Origin: Pseudidiomarina andamanensis
GTDB lineage: Bacteria > Pseudomonadota > Gammaproteobacteria > Enterobacterales > Alteromonadaceae
Reading direction: 5' to 3'
NCBI RefSeq assembly: GCF_009734345.1
Contig: NZ_CP032551.1
Coordinates: 1,920,001-1,952,000 of the forward strand
DNA length: 32,000 nt
Below the pieces are notes generated by a model that was not told the origin of the DNA, did no database searches, and saw only the letters and a program-made list of their open reading frames with translations. The position numbers and the translations under genes are program-made. How positions within the stretch are numbered: position 1 is the first letter of the stretch; each line of letters starts with the position of its first letter. Shown piece by piece: positions 21,250 to 31,320 of the stretch.

Positions 21250-22263
21250 ATGCCCAACCAATCAGCAGACATGCTGCTGCAAAGTTTTCGCAATAAAGTC
21301 ACGCGCAATATCGTGTGGGCGGGAGCTGCTACTCAGTTTTTGTTAGCTGGCGCACAGATCTGGCTGGCAAACTATTTACAAGCCGTGATCATGTTCGCCG
21401 CCGCAATCGTTTTGGCTGTGATTGCCTATTCTTATCGGGAAAAACGAATTCCCGATTTTTGGCGTGTCATTTTCATGATGCTGCTTACCTCCATTTGTTT
21501 TGCTTCTATTCGTAACAATGGCACCATTGGCGTGTATTGGGCTTATCCGCTGTTGGTTGCAAGTTTCTTTATGTTCCGTGATGGCTTTGCCATTGCGTTG
21601 GCGTCAGCAGTCACAATGGTTATGAGTACAGCTGCCCTGATGTATATGCCAGTTAGCGATGGTTGGCGAATTAGTGCATCACTGCTGGTTATCCTGGTAC
21701 TCGGTAGCGTTTTTGTGGTGATGCTTGGGCGAATGCAGAAATTACTACATCAGCTAGTGATCACCGATACACTCACAGGTCTTCAAAATCGCCATCGACT
21801 CAACAATGTCCTGAGTCAATTGATTCATAACTTTCGTCGCTATCACCGCGCCGCGAGTCTAATAATGCTCGATCTTGACCACTTTAAACTTCTCAATGAT
21901 AAACATGGGCATTTGTTTGGTGACCAGATGCTGAAGCAACTCGCTGCTAGGTTAAAGGCGAGTTTGAGAGTCAATGATCAATTGTTCCGAGTGGGTGGTG
22001 AAGAATTTCTGGTGGTTATGCCGGAAACGGAACTCGGAGAAGCAGTAAAAGTTGCGGAAAAATTGCGACGTGCAGTTGAGAACACGCCGTTTGAAGGTAA
22101 AGATGCGCAGGCTCACTTGACTGTTAGCTTAGGGGTTGCGCAATTGCGTGCCGAACAAACATGGGCAGAATGGATAAATACCGCAGATACTGCTTTACTT
22201 GAAGCAAAGCGCAAAGGTCGCAATCAAGTGTGCAAAGCAGAAAGTTATACCCCAACAGCTTAA
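21250..22263 (+). CDS. membrane-anchored diguanylate cyclase (GGEEF, I-site RVND)
   Basis: An N-terminal multi-TM domain of about 165 aa, followed by TDTLTGLQNRHRL, LDLDHFKLLNDKHGH, RVND-x5-GGEEF and EAKRKGRNQV. Confidence 0.9.
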   Translation: MPNQSADMLLQSFRNKVTRNIVWAGAATQFLLAGAQIWLANYLQAVIMFAAAIVLAVIAYSYREKRIPDFWRVIFMMLLTSICFASIRNNGTIGVYWAYPLLVASFFMFRDGFAIALASAVTMVMSTAALMYMPVSDGWRISASLLVILVLGSVFVVMLGRMQKLLHQLVITDTLTGLQNRHRLNNVLSQLIHNFRRYHRAASLIMLDLDHFKLLNDKHGHLFGDQMLKQLAARLKASLRVNDQLFRVGGEEFLVVMPETELGEAVKVAEKLRRAVENTPFEGKDAQAHLTVSLGVAQLRAEQTWAEWINTADTALLEAKRKGRNQVCKAESYTPTA

Positions 22264-22279
22264 TTGAGAACGGAAATTC

Positions 22280-23290
22280 ATGAATTCAACAGCAGCCACT
22301 CCCGCATTATCACTAAATTTATGGCAACAATTTCGCTTAGTTGCGATGCGTACAATTTATTTTGGCGTTGGCATCGTGATTTTAGTGCTTGCTGGAGTGC
22401 TGGCGACTGATGCTAGATGGTTAGAGTCGGGCGCTCTGATAAGTGTGGCTTTGGCATTTATTCTTACCGGCGTTATTTACCGCAATGAGCTGGCGCCGCA
22501 GTGGATTAACTTCTTATTTATTTGTGCGCTCGGCACCCTCGTCAGTGTCTCGATGAAGTCATCCGGCATGATGGGCGTTTATTGGATGTATCCGGTGTTA
22601 GCTATGGTGTTCTTCATGTTTGACCGCACCATTTTTGTGCTCGTGATCATGTTGATTTACGCATTGTTTGCCGCAGTGATGTATCAATTTCTGCCGTTTG
22701 AATACGCATGGCGAATTGCGCTTTCTATGCTGGTATTAATCGGAGTAGGTGCAGTATTCCTCGTCATGATGAGCTATATGCAGCGTAATTTGTCAAAGTT
22801 ATATGCAACAGACCCATTAACTGGCTTTTATCGCCGTGATTATGTAGCAAACATGATGCAAACTGAATTAGATCGCGCGAAGAGAAATCAGCAGCCGGTC
22901 AGTGCCATGTTGCTTGATCTCGACTCGTTTAAGAACGTCAATGATAAGTTTGGCTACATGTTCGGCGATGCAGTATTGAAGGAGACAGCATCGCGATTAG
23001 CCCGAGTTTGTCGAAAGAACGATGTCATGGTGCGCTATGGTGGTGCCGAGTTCTTGATTATTTTTCCGAATACGCCATTGAAGCAAGCTGCCGAGTTAAC
23101 CGGTGAGATGCTTGATAACCTGCGCCATGAACCATTTGCCGTAAAAAGTATGATGACCACAGTAACCGCGAGCGCTGGTGTCGCCGAATGGCGCAAAGGC
23201 CAAGATTGGGGGCAATGGCTGGAGCGCGCTGATGCGGCAATGGATAAAGCCAAGAGCCAGGGTCGTAATCGCTTGAGAATTGCGCAATAA
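22280..23290 (+). CDS. paralogous membrane GGDEF-domain protein with a degenerate active site (GGAEF) and a retained I-site (RKND)
   Basis: Same length and architecture as the upstream gene, including the shared membrane motif GVYWxYPxL...FFMF. Catalytic positions have diverged: GGAEF, NDKFGY and LTGFYRRDY. The gap to the upstream gene is 16 nt. Confidence 0.85.
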   Translation: MNSTAATPALSLNLWQQFRLVAMRTIYFGVGIVILVLAGVLATDARWLESGALISVALAFILTGVIYRNELAPQWINFLFICALGTLVSVSMKSSGMMGVYWMYPVLAMVFFMFDRTIFVLVIMLIYALFAAVMYQFLPFEYAWRIALSMLVLIGVGAVFLVMMSYMQRNLSKLYATDPLTGFYRRDYVANMMQTELDRAKRNQQPVSAMLLDLDSFKNVNDKFGYMFGDAVLKETASRLARVCRKNDVMVRYGGAEFLIIFPNTPLKQAAELTGEMLDNLRHEPFAVKSMMTTVTASAGVAEWRKGQDWGQWLERADAAMDKAKSQGRNRLRIAQ

Positions 23291-23348
23291 ATTTGCACCT
23301 ATCGCTTCTCCTAGCTACAATTCGCTCCTTTGAAAAACGGAGCACCAC

Positions 23349-23843
23349 ATGGCACCTGTCTTGATCTTAATGGGCTCGCAGTCTGACTGGCCCGTCATGC
23401 AACATGCGGCACAAATGCTGAAAGACCTCGGCGTTGAATGGCGCGCCGAAGTTGTGTCTGCGCACCGCACCCCAGATTTATTGAAAACCACCATGGAACA
23501 AGCTGAACAAGATGGTGTTCCGGTAGTTATTGCCGGCGCCGGCGGCGCTGCACACTTACCTGGTATGCTCGCCGCATTCACCGCAATTCCAGTGTTAGGT
23601 GTACCAGTACCAAGCAAACAGCTGAAAGGCTTAGACAGCTTGCTGTCAATTGTACAAATGCCAAAAGGTGTCGCGGTTGGTACCTTAGCAGTTGGGCCTG
23701 CTGGCGCTGCAAACGCAGGCTTATTAGCGGCACAAATTATTGGTTCATTTGATGCAAATGTTCGTCAACGTGTGCACGCATTCCGCGAGCAACAACGCGA
23801 GAAAGTGATGAATGGCCCGAAACTGGAGCTGCCTGAATCATGA
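23349..23843 (+). CDS. purE: N5-carboxyaminoimidazole ribonucleotide mutase
   Basis: Motifs MGSQSDW, SAHRTP and AGGAAHLPG. The gene is followed by purK with an ATGA overlap. Confidence 0.95.
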   Translation: MAPVLILMGSQSDWPVMQHAAQMLKDLGVEWRAEVVSAHRTPDLLKTTMEQAEQDGVPVVIAGAGGAAHLPGMLAAFTAIPVLGVPVPSKQLKGLDSLLSIVQMPKGVAVGTLAVGPAGAANAGLLAAQIIGSFDANVRQRVHAFREQQREKVMNGPKLELPES

Positions 23844-24928
23844 AAATATTGTTTATCGGTGATGGTCAATTAGGACAAATGCTGGGCGCAAGTGCCATTA
23901 GTCATGGTCACGAATGCCTATTATTTAGTACCCGCAGCAACACCGTTAAACCACTTTCGGCGCAAATTGACTTGCAGTTATCGCTATCCGACGCCATTGA
24001 ATGGGCGGATGTTGTGAGTTGGGAACACGAAGATATTCCAGCGGATATTTTAGCTGCCGCTCACGATAAGTTTCTGATGGATCCAGCGCGAATTAAGAGT
24101 CTTACCGACCGTCGTGCAGAAAAGAAATTGTTTGATGATTGCCGTGTGCCAACCTCGCCTTGGCAAACCTATAACAATGCCGATGAACTTGAGAAAATTC
24201 TCAATCAAGCAGAACAGCCATTGGTGTTGAAGACTGCTCGCGGTGGCTACGATGGCAAAGGTCAATGGCGTTTTCGAATGGCCGACAACCCGATTGATTT
24301 AGCTCAACAAGCGGGCCAGGCACCAGGTATTGCCGAGCATATGATTCCGTTTCAACGTGAAGTGTCGTTGGTTGGCGCGCGTAGCAAAGACGGCAGTATT
24401 TGCTGTTACCCGTTGATTACCAACGTACACGACCGAGGCATTTTAAGTTATAGCTTAGGTGCTATTGACATAGTTGATGAGCGGCTACAAAGCCTAGCTG
24501 AAGATTGTTTCCGTAAGCTCACAGATGCACTGCATTATGTTGGTGTTTTAGCGATTGAATTCTTTGTGGTGGGCGAAGGCGACGATGCGCAGTTGTTAGT
24601 GAATGAGATTGCACCGCGAGTGCACAATTCGGGTCATTGGACAATGACAGGAGCGAATAGTAGCCAGTTCGACTTACATATTCGCGCACTAACTGGTATG
24701 CCATTGCCATTATTACGTTTAGAGCCAACACTGATGATTAACGTGATTGGCGCCGACCAAATTCCTGCAGGCTTATGGCATCATGCAGATACCGATTGCC
24801 ATTGGTACAACAAAGAGCCGCGTCCAGGCCGTAAAGTTGGTCATGTCAATATTCGTACCTCAAATCGCGACACCGCTTTGACTTGGGTCGCGCAATGGGC
24901 TGAAAAACTACAGGTTCTCGCTGACTAA
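23840..24928 (+). CDS. purK: N5-carboxyaminoimidazole ribonucleotide synthase
   Basis: ATP-grasp protein ([23 protein letters not shown] and GRKVGHVN) directly downstream of purE. Confidence 0.93.
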   Translation: MKILFIGDGQLGQMLGASAISHGHECLLFSTRSNTVKPLSAQIDLQLSLSDAIEWADVVSWEHEDIPADILAAAHDKFLMDPARIKSLTDRRAEKKLFDDCRVPTSPWQTYNNADELEKILNQAEQPLVLKTARGGYDGKGQWRFRMADNPIDLAQQAGQAPGIAEHMIPFQREVSLVGARSKDGSICCYPLITNVHDRGILSYSLGAIDIVDERLQSLAEDCFRKLTDALHYVGVLAIEFFVVGEGDDAQLLVNEIAPRVHNSGHWTMTGANSSQFDLHIRALTGMPLPLLRLEPTLMINVIGADQIPAGLWHHADTDCHWYNKEPRPGRKVGHVNIRTSNRDTALTWVAQWAEKLQVLAD

Positions 24929-25578
24929 GCGAGAACCTTTTGTAACCACGCATTAATGGCTTGCACCTGCTCGCCACATACCTGATGTTGCATCGTGAAC
25001 GTTTGATATTCTGCGTTGTAGCCATGCTGTTTTAACCACTGATACGCATGTTGTCCGAGTGCTTCTGGCACCACCGGATCTTGCGACCCATGTTGCACCA
25101 AAATTGGAATGTCGTTGTTCGCGGCATGCGGTGTGATGCTTTGATGCGTTGCTAGATAGGTTGAGAGCGCTAATAAGCCACGTAAGTGCTTCGGATAGGT
25201 TAATGCCGCTTCATAAGCAACAGCACCGCCTTGCGAGAATCCCGCCAACAAAATATTTTCCGCCGGAATACCGCGTTCAATCTCACGTTCAATGAGTTGA
25301 TGCACAGCTGCTGCGGAATCGCGAAGTTGCTGCTCATCAACTTCACGACCAAGCGACATACTCAGAATGTCATACCAAGCCGGCATGCGCATACCACCGT
25401 TAATGGTCACTGGTATTTGTGGTGCATGTGGGAAAATAAATCGAACCGCTACTGGTGGCGTTAAGTGCGGTACCAAAGGTGCAAAATCATTGCCGTCGGC
25501 ACCAAGGCCATGCAACCAGATTATCGCGTGAGTAGCTGGCGGTTGTGGTTCAATTTCTACACATGGAAGGTAAGACAT
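24925..25578 (-). CDS. alpha/beta-hydrolase carboxylesterase/phospholipase (YpfH-like)
   Basis: Motif IIWLHGLGADGNDF, nucleophile elbow GFSQGG, and a later QHGSQDPVVP. The start is set at MSYLPCVEIE (ATG 25576-25578), which has a GGAG upstream. The longer track ORF would overlap the DUF502 gene. Confidence 0.85.
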   Translation of the reverse strand: MSYLPCVEIEPQPPATHAIIWLHGLGADGNDFAPLVPHLTPPVAVRFIFPHAPQIPVTINGGMRMPAWYDILSMSLGREVDEQQLRDSAAAVHQLIEREIERGIPAENILLAGFSQGGAVAYEAALTYPKHLRGLLALSTYLATHQSITPHAANNDIPILVQHGSQDPVVPEALGQHAYQWLKQHGYNAEYQTFTMQHQVCGEQVQAINAWLQKVLA

Positions 25579-25588
25579 GGATACTCCG

Positions 25589-26200
25589 TTAGTCGTTGTC
25601 TTCTGAAACTTGCCGATTTTTACCAAGCCCGCCACTGATAGTGAGTTGCATTGCGTCAGCTGGCGACATATCAAGCGCTTCAACGCTATCACGCGGCACA
25701 ATTAGCATATAACCACCGACGTTGTAGCTCATCGGTAAAAATACAGCGATGTGATCATCGTCTAGCATCGCCGACAGGCGATCATCTTTTTGGCCAGGTT
25801 TTTTTGTGACGATACCAATTAATTTAACGTCAGCACCGGGCAGAGTAACGAGTACCACCGATTCATCTGAAAAGCTTTTGCCCGACATCAAATCAAACAC
25901 ATCGGTAATGGTGCCGTACAAGCTACGTAACACTGGCATGCGTTGCATTAGATTGCCAGGCAGCTCCCATAGCTTACTAATGAAACGCCAACGCGCACTA
26001 AAACCGATAATTATCGCCAGCACCACAAAGCTTAAAAAGGCTAAACCTGGAAAATAATATTTGGTGCCAAGAATAGCCTCCCAAATAGGACGTAACCAAG
26101 ACTCAATAGTCACTAAAAACCAATGAACCAGTGCTATTGTCACCACTAATGGGAGTAGAATGGTGAGGCCTTTGAGTAAATACTGTATTCCACGTTTCAT
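25589..26200 (-). CDS. DUF502-family membrane protein
   Basis: Two N-terminal TM helices and a C-terminal soluble domain. The overall pattern is typical of DUF502. Confidence 0.7.
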   Translation of the reverse strand: MKRGIQYLLKGLTILLPLVVTIALVHWFLVTIESWLRPIWEAILGTKYYFPGLAFLSFVVLAIIIGFSARWRFISKLWELPGNLMQRMPVLRSLYGTITDVFDLMSGKSFSDESVVLVTLPGADVKLIGIVTKKPGQKDDRLSAMLDDDHIAVFLPMSYNVGGYMLIVPRDSVEALDMSPADAMQLTISGGLGKNRQVSEDND

Positions 26201-26254
26201 TTTGGTAATCTCAAGCAGAATGAAGGCATAGCTTAACGTTTTTTAGGGGGCTTT

Positions 26255-26815
26255 ATGAAGTTATTTGGTAGTTATACCTCACCATATGTGCGTCACTGCC
26301 GTATTGTGTTGGCCCAAAACAATGACAATTTTGAATTTATTCCAACCGATTACGCGCAAAGTGCGCAGCAGTCGCCAACTCAGCGTGTTCCTTTTTTACA
26401 CGACGACGACGTTCAACTGACCGACTCAGCAGCAATTTTGCGTTATTTGCGTGAGCGTCATCAACAGCCGTTCTGTGACGATGTTGCGGATTTTGACTTA
26501 TTTTGTCTCGCAAATACGGCACTTGATGCCACGGTGAATTTATTTTTATTAGAGCGTGATAACATAACCACCGATAGCAGCCCATATCTGCAGCGACAGC
26601 ACGATCGAATTCATACCATTTTGAAAGAGCTCGATCAGCGCGATTGGCCGCAACAAGAAGCCTACAGTGATGGTCAATTACGGCTCGCATGCTTTCTAAG
26701 TTGGGCACAATTTCGAGAGCGCATCAATATTGCCGATTACCCAAATTTACAACAGTTTTTACTAGGCATGAATAATCAGCCATGGTTCGCAAATACGCAT
26801 CCAGCGCTGAGTTAA
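26255..26815 (+). CDS. glutathione S-transferase-family protein
   Basis: Thioredoxin-like N-domain ([19 protein letters not shown]...VPFLHDDD...[11 protein letters not shown]) followed by a helical C-domain. Confidence 0.75.
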   Translation: MKLFGSYTSPYVRHCRIVLAQNNDNFEFIPTDYAQSAQQSPTQRVPFLHDDDVQLTDSAAILRYLRERHQQPFCDDVADFDLFCLANTALDATVNLFLLERDNITTDSSPYLQRQHDRIHTILKELDQRDWPQQEAYSDGQLRLACFLSWAQFRERINIADYPNLQQFLLGMNNQPWFANTHPALS

Positions 26816-26844
26816 AAATAATAACGAAGGGAGTTAAACCACAC

Positions 26845-28983
26845 ATGAAATATTTAGCAGCTGTGGCTGGCGTTGCATTATTAAGCGCCTGTTCGCCACA
26901 ACAAGAAACACATACGGAGACCGCAGTGGATGCAAAAATTAGCTATCCAATGACTGTACGCGGTAACGTCACCGATGAATACTTTGGAACCGTCGTAGCC
27001 GACCCGTATCGCTGGTTAGAGGACGATCGTTCGGCCGAAACCGAAGCGTGGGTAACTGCGCAAAATGCGGTAACTTTTGAATATCTCGAACAGATTCCTT
27101 ACCGAGATAAGATCAAAGACCGTTTAGCTGAGCTTTGGAACTACGAAAAAGTTGGCGCACCGTTTAAAGAAGGGAAATATACCTATTTCTATAAAAATGA
27201 CGGCTTACAGAACCAGTACGTGGTGTATCGTACTGATGAAGAAGGTAACACCGAAGTATTCTTAGATCCGAATACCTTCAGCGAAGACGGTACCACCTCA
27301 TTAGCAACACTGAGTTTTTCAAAAGATGGCTCGCTCGCTGCGTATGCTATTTCAGAGGGCGGTAGCGACTGGCGTAAAATTATCGTTATTGATGTTGAAA
27401 CGAAAGAACAGCTTGAACCAACGTTAGTTGATGTGAAGTTCAGTGGTATTTCTTGGTTCGGCAACGAAGGATTCTATTACTCAAGCTATGACAAGCCTGA
27501 GGGCAGTGAGCTGTCAGCGAAAACCGATCAGCACAAACTTTATTATCATCAGTTAGGCACCGATCAAGCTGATGACAGGGTTGTATTTGGCGGTACTGAT
27601 GCAGAGAAACACCGTTATGTTGGCGGCCAAGTGACCGAAGATGACCGTTATTTGATTATCAGTGCGGCAGTTTCTACTTCTGGTAATAAATTATTTATTA
27701 AAGACTTAACGAACCCAGAAAGCGAGTTAGTCACCGTTCTTGATCACACGGACTCTGATACTTACGTATTGGATAACGTGGGTACCAAACTCTATTTGGT
27801 TACGGATTTGAATGCGCCGAATAAGCGTGTTGTCACTGTTGATGCAGCGAATCCGCAGCCAGAAAACTGGGAAGACTTCATTGCTGAAACTCAGCATGTG
27901 TTAAACCCATCAACGGGTGCTGGGTACATTTTTGCCGAGTACATGGTTGATGCGATTGCAAAGGTAGAGCAGTACAACTACGACGGCGAGCGAGTTCGTG
28001 AAATTGAATTGCCAGGCGTTGGTAGTGTTGGCGGCTTTAGTGCCAAACATGAAGCTGATGTGGTGTATTACACGTTCACCAACTACAACACGCCAGGCAC
28101 TATTTATGCGTATGAGCCGGATGCTGGTGAATCAACGGTTTATGCTGAATCAAAAGCACAGTTTGATAGCACAGCTTACGAATCGAAGCAGGTGTTCTAC
28201 ACCTCAAAAGACGGCACCAAGGTACCAATGATCATTACCTACAAAAAAGGTATGGAACTTGATGGTACTAACCCAACCATTTTGTATGGTTACGGCGGCT
28301 TTAACATCAGTCTGACGCCAAGCTTTAGCATGACCAATGCGATGTGGCTTGAGCTTGGCGGTGTGTATGCAGTTGCTAACCTTCGTGGTGGCGGTGAGTA
28401 CGGCAAAGATTGGCACAATGCTGGCACGCAAATGCAAAAGCAGAATGTGTTCGATGATTTCATCGCTGCAGCGGAATACCTGATTGCGGAAAATTACACC
28501 TCAAGTGGAAAATTAGCCGTACGTGGCGGTTCAAATGGTGGCTTGTTGGTTGGCGCGGTGATGACGCAACGTCCTGACTTGATGCAAGTGGCACTGCCTG
28601 CTGTAGGCGTGCTCGATATGTTGCGTTACCACACCTTCACGGCTGGCGCTGGTTGGGCATACGACTACGGCACCGCTGAAGACAGCAAAGAAATGTTCGA
28701 ATACCTCTATGGTTATTCACCAGTGCATAACGTTGAATCAGGTGTTCACTACCCAGCCACGTTAATTACCACAGGTGACCACGATGACCGTGTGGTTCCA
28801 GCGCATTCATTTAAGTTTGCGGCTGAGCTTCAAGCGAAGGATGCCGGTGCAAATCCGCAGCTCATTCGTATTGAGACCAACGCAGGCCATGGCGCAGGTA
28901 CGCCTGTATCGAAAACCATTGAGCAGTACGCTGATATCTATGGTTTCACGTTGTGGAACATGGGAATTAAAGAACTGAAGTAA
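26845..28983 (+). CDS. prolyl endopeptidase (S9A serine peptidase), lipoprotein
   Basis: Lipobox LLSAC and the motif [10 protein letters not shown] catalytic triad is present: [10 protein letters not shown] (Ser), [10 protein letters not shown] (Asp) and NAGHGAG (His). The start is set at MKYLAAVAG (ATG 26845). Confidence 0.92.
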   Translation: MKYLAAVAGVALLSACSPQQETHTETAVDAKISYPMTVRGNVTDEYFGTVVADPYRWLEDDRSAETEAWVTAQNAVTFEYLEQIPYRDKIKDRLAELWNYEKVGAPFKEGKYTYFYKNDGLQNQYVVYRTDEEGNTEVFLDPNTFSEDGTTSLATLSFSKDGSLAAYAISEGGSDWRKIIVIDVETKEQLEPTLVDVKFSGISWFGNEGFYYSSYDKPEGSELSAKTDQHKLYYHQLGTDQADDRVVFGGTDAEKHRYVGGQVTEDDRYLIISAAVSTSGNKLFIKDLTNPESELVTVLDHTDSDTYVLDNVGTKLYLVTDLNAPNKRVVTVDAANPQPENWEDFIAETQHVLNPSTGAGYIFAEYMVDAIAKVEQYNYDGERVREIELPGVGSVGGFSAKHEADVVYYTFTNYNTPGTIYAYEPDAGESTVYAESKAQFDSTAYESKQVFYTSKDGTKVPMIITYKKGMELDGTNPTILYGYGGFNISLTPSFSMTNAMWLELGGVYAVANLRGGGEYGKDWHNAGTQMQKQNVFDDFIAAAEYLIAENYTSSGKLAVRGGSNGGLLVGAVMTQRPDLMQVALPAVGVLDMLRYHTFTAGAGWAYDYGTAEDSKEMFEYLYGYSPVHNVESGVHYPATLITTGDHDDRVVPAHSFKFAAELQAKDAGANPQLIRIETNAGHGAGTPVSKTIEQYADIYGFTLWNMGIKELK

Positions 28984-28998
28984 GCGAGAGTTCTGATG

Positions 28999-29036
28999 AA
29001 AACCCCGAATTCCTTTAGGTATTCGGGGTTTTTTTA
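28999..29036. terminator. bidirectional intrinsic terminator
   Basis: AAAACCCCGAAT-(loop)-ATTCGGGGTTTTTTT, a 12-bp stem with A and T runs on either side. It lies between convergent genes. Confidence 0.9.
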
Positions 29037-31073
29037 TGAGTCATTCTTAGGTTGTTCAGGGCCGTGAAGAATTTCGACACTAATTGCATCTTGCTCAATG
29101 GCACCTGGTAAATCAGTTTCGAGAAGCGTCTGTACTTCGGCGAACGGTTTATTCAGTGCCATCACACCCCAAGCTTGATTTCGACCGTGAACTTTACCTG
29201 CATAAAGAACCATGTCAGCCAACTGAAGCGTTTCTTCCCAGTCCATTTGATTTTCGTGCAAGTCCGCAAATGGATAACTAATAAAGCCGGCCGTTGCCGT
29301 AATCCAAATTTCACGATCACCAGATTGAATTGGTGTCGACCCAATGACGTCGAGCATTCGTTTTGCCATCACTGGAAGTTTGCTTTGCTCGGTATTGGTT
29401 AGATAAATCAGGAACTCTTCACCGCCCCAACGTACGACCAAGTCAGACTCACGCGATACTTGCAGAAGACGTTTTGAAACCTCAACAAGCACATCGTCGC
29501 CAGCAGCATGACCTAAATTATCGTTTATACGTTTAAAATGGTCGACGTCCAGCAATAACATGGCATCGTGACCAACTTCATGCGGTGTTCTTAACTTCTC
29601 TTGCAAAGCGCGACGATTTAAAAGGCCAGTAAGCGGGTCGCGAACCGATTGCTCAGCAAGTCGGCTATTCGCTACTTTTAATTCGCGATTACTGCGACGT
29701 GCAGCACGATAAAGCAATATAACTGAAATCACTGCGAAGATTGCGACCACTATAAACAGCGTGAGAATGGTGCGTTTTTGACTCTCGTTTTCAATCAGTT
29801 GCTGGTTCAGCTCATTCTTTTGCGACAGCAGCTCAATTTGCAATGCTTTGTCTTTGCTATCGTATAAGTTTTGCAGTTCGGCAATGCTTTTTTGCTGATC
29901 GCCTTTGTAGGCCTCTTCTCTTAACTCTCGTTGTTCAAGTAAAACTTCGATGGCTTCATCGTGCATGCCAACGTGCACGAGCGCTTCAGCATACTCACCT
30001 AACAGTCCTTCAAACTCAGCTGGTGACCATGAATCACGAGCGTTATCGACTATCTCTCGCATGGCCGCGAGGCCCTGTTCCACATCACCAAGAAACACAT
30101 CGACATAACCTAAATTGAATTGAATGACATCGGGGTTATATTGCTGTGGGTTTAATTTGGCAACGGCATAAGCATCTTGTAGTACTTTCCGAGCATCTTC
30201 ATAACGGCCAATCCGAATGTCGACGTCACCCATATTGTTGAGTACGGTGAGGTACTGGTTGACACTATCTGGGTCATCTTTGAGTTGATCGCGTAAACGC
30301 TTGTAAATGCTTAACGCAACATCGAAGTTTTTTCGATCACTTTCAATATAGGCGCGTTCAAGGGCAATACTCGCACCGAACTCCGTCATGAGGTTATTCT
30401 CTTCCGCAATGCGTGTTGCATCGTCGAGTTGCTCGAGGGCGAGGTCGTAATTTTTTTGCTGACCATACAGGTTAGCGATTTGCAGCTTGGTTGATAGTAA
30501 TCGAATAAGCGTTCGAGAATCGTCTGTTTCGGCAACTGCATCGGCGGCATAAATGAGGTGCTCAAGTGCGCGATCAAATTGGCTACGTTGTTGATAGAGA
30601 TAGGCAGCAAAGTTATTCACAAAATACTTAACGCGTGGAATTTGAGCTTTTTCGAGCGGAATTAAAGCGTCATTAATATTCGCCATGGCCTCAGAAATTT
30701 TGCCCTGCATTGCTATAATCAATAGCGCAGTCGCTTCAACTTCGGCGCGTGCATCAGGTAAGCCACTTCGCTCAGCAATGCGACGAACTTCCTCAATTTG
30801 TTCTGCGGCCTGTTTTTGATTACCAAGATACGCATGATCGAGTGCGATATAACTAAGTGTACGTACACGCGTCATTACCGGCGTTTCATCGGTCAGGTCG
30901 TTACGAATTTCGGTTAATTGTTCAAGAGAGGTTTCTATATTGGCAGCATTAAGCACCGCATCAAGCCGGTCTTCAATAGCCTGGTCAACAGCTGGCACCG
31001 ATGTTTCTTGCGCTGAAACACTGGTAAGCAGCAAACCAAACAGTAGTGCTATCAGAAAGAAAAATCGAGGCAT
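29034..31073 (-). CDS. periplasmic-TPR sensor diguanylate cyclase (GGEEF, I-site RESD)
   Basis: A signal peptide, then about 400 aa of TPR-like repeats and a coiled segment. One TM helix (ILTLFIVVAIFAVISVILLY) follows, then RDPLTGLLNRRAL, LDVDHFKRINDNLGH and RESD-x5-GGEEF. Confidence 0.9.
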   Translation of the reverse strand: MPRFFFLIALLFGLLLTSVSAQETSVPAVDQAIEDRLDAVLNAANIETSLEQLTEIRNDLTDETPVMTRVRTLSYIALDHAYLGNQKQAAEQIEEVRRIAERSGLPDARAEVEATALLIIAMQGKISEAMANINDALIPLEKAQIPRVKYFVNNFAAYLYQQRSQFDRALEHLIYAADAVAETDDSRTLIRLLSTKLQIANLYGQQKNYDLALEQLDDATRIAEENNLMTEFGASIALERAYIESDRKNFDVALSIYKRLRDQLKDDPDSVNQYLTVLNNMGDVDIRIGRYEDARKVLQDAYAVAKLNPQQYNPDVIQFNLGYVDVFLGDVEQGLAAMREIVDNARDSWSPAEFEGLLGEYAEALVHVGMHDEAIEVLLEQRELREEAYKGDQQKSIAELQNLYDSKDKALQIELLSQKNELNQQLIENESQKRTILTLFIVVAIFAVISVILLYRAARRSNRELKVANSRLAEQSVRDPLTGLLNRRALQEKLRTPHEVGHDAMLLLDVDHFKRINDNLGHAAGDDVLVEVSKRLLQVSRESDLVVRWGGEEFLIYLTNTEQSKLPVMAKRMLDVIGSTPIQSGDREIWITATAGFISYPFADLHENQMDWEETLQLADMVLYAGKVHGRNQAWGVMALNKPFAEVQTLLETDLPGAIEQDAISVEILHGPEQPKNDS

Positions 31074-31320
31074 TCGCCCTCCCAGAACGCGTTAACTTTG
31101 CCTAAAACATCGTCAGTTTGACACAGCTGGTCGGACGTGTATTCCTAATTGCGGCGAATGGCACGCTATGAACGTTTGTAAGATGGCATGTTAATCTTAT
31201 GTGTAATAAGCTCGATGATACCTCATTTTTTGAGCAAGTGTAACAACTTGTAACACTGATTTGTTGCGCAATTTCAAATGCGCCGTATAGTTAAATTTCC
31301 ATCAAAATCGGAATAACAAC

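Noticed and set aside
23324-23343. Hairpin GCTCC-N10-GGAGC that could sequester the purE Shine-Dalgarno sequence, i.e. a possible riboregulator.
   Set aside because: It has only 5 bp with a 10-nt loop, and I see no purine-riboswitch-like conserved core and no PurR box. This is too weak to call.
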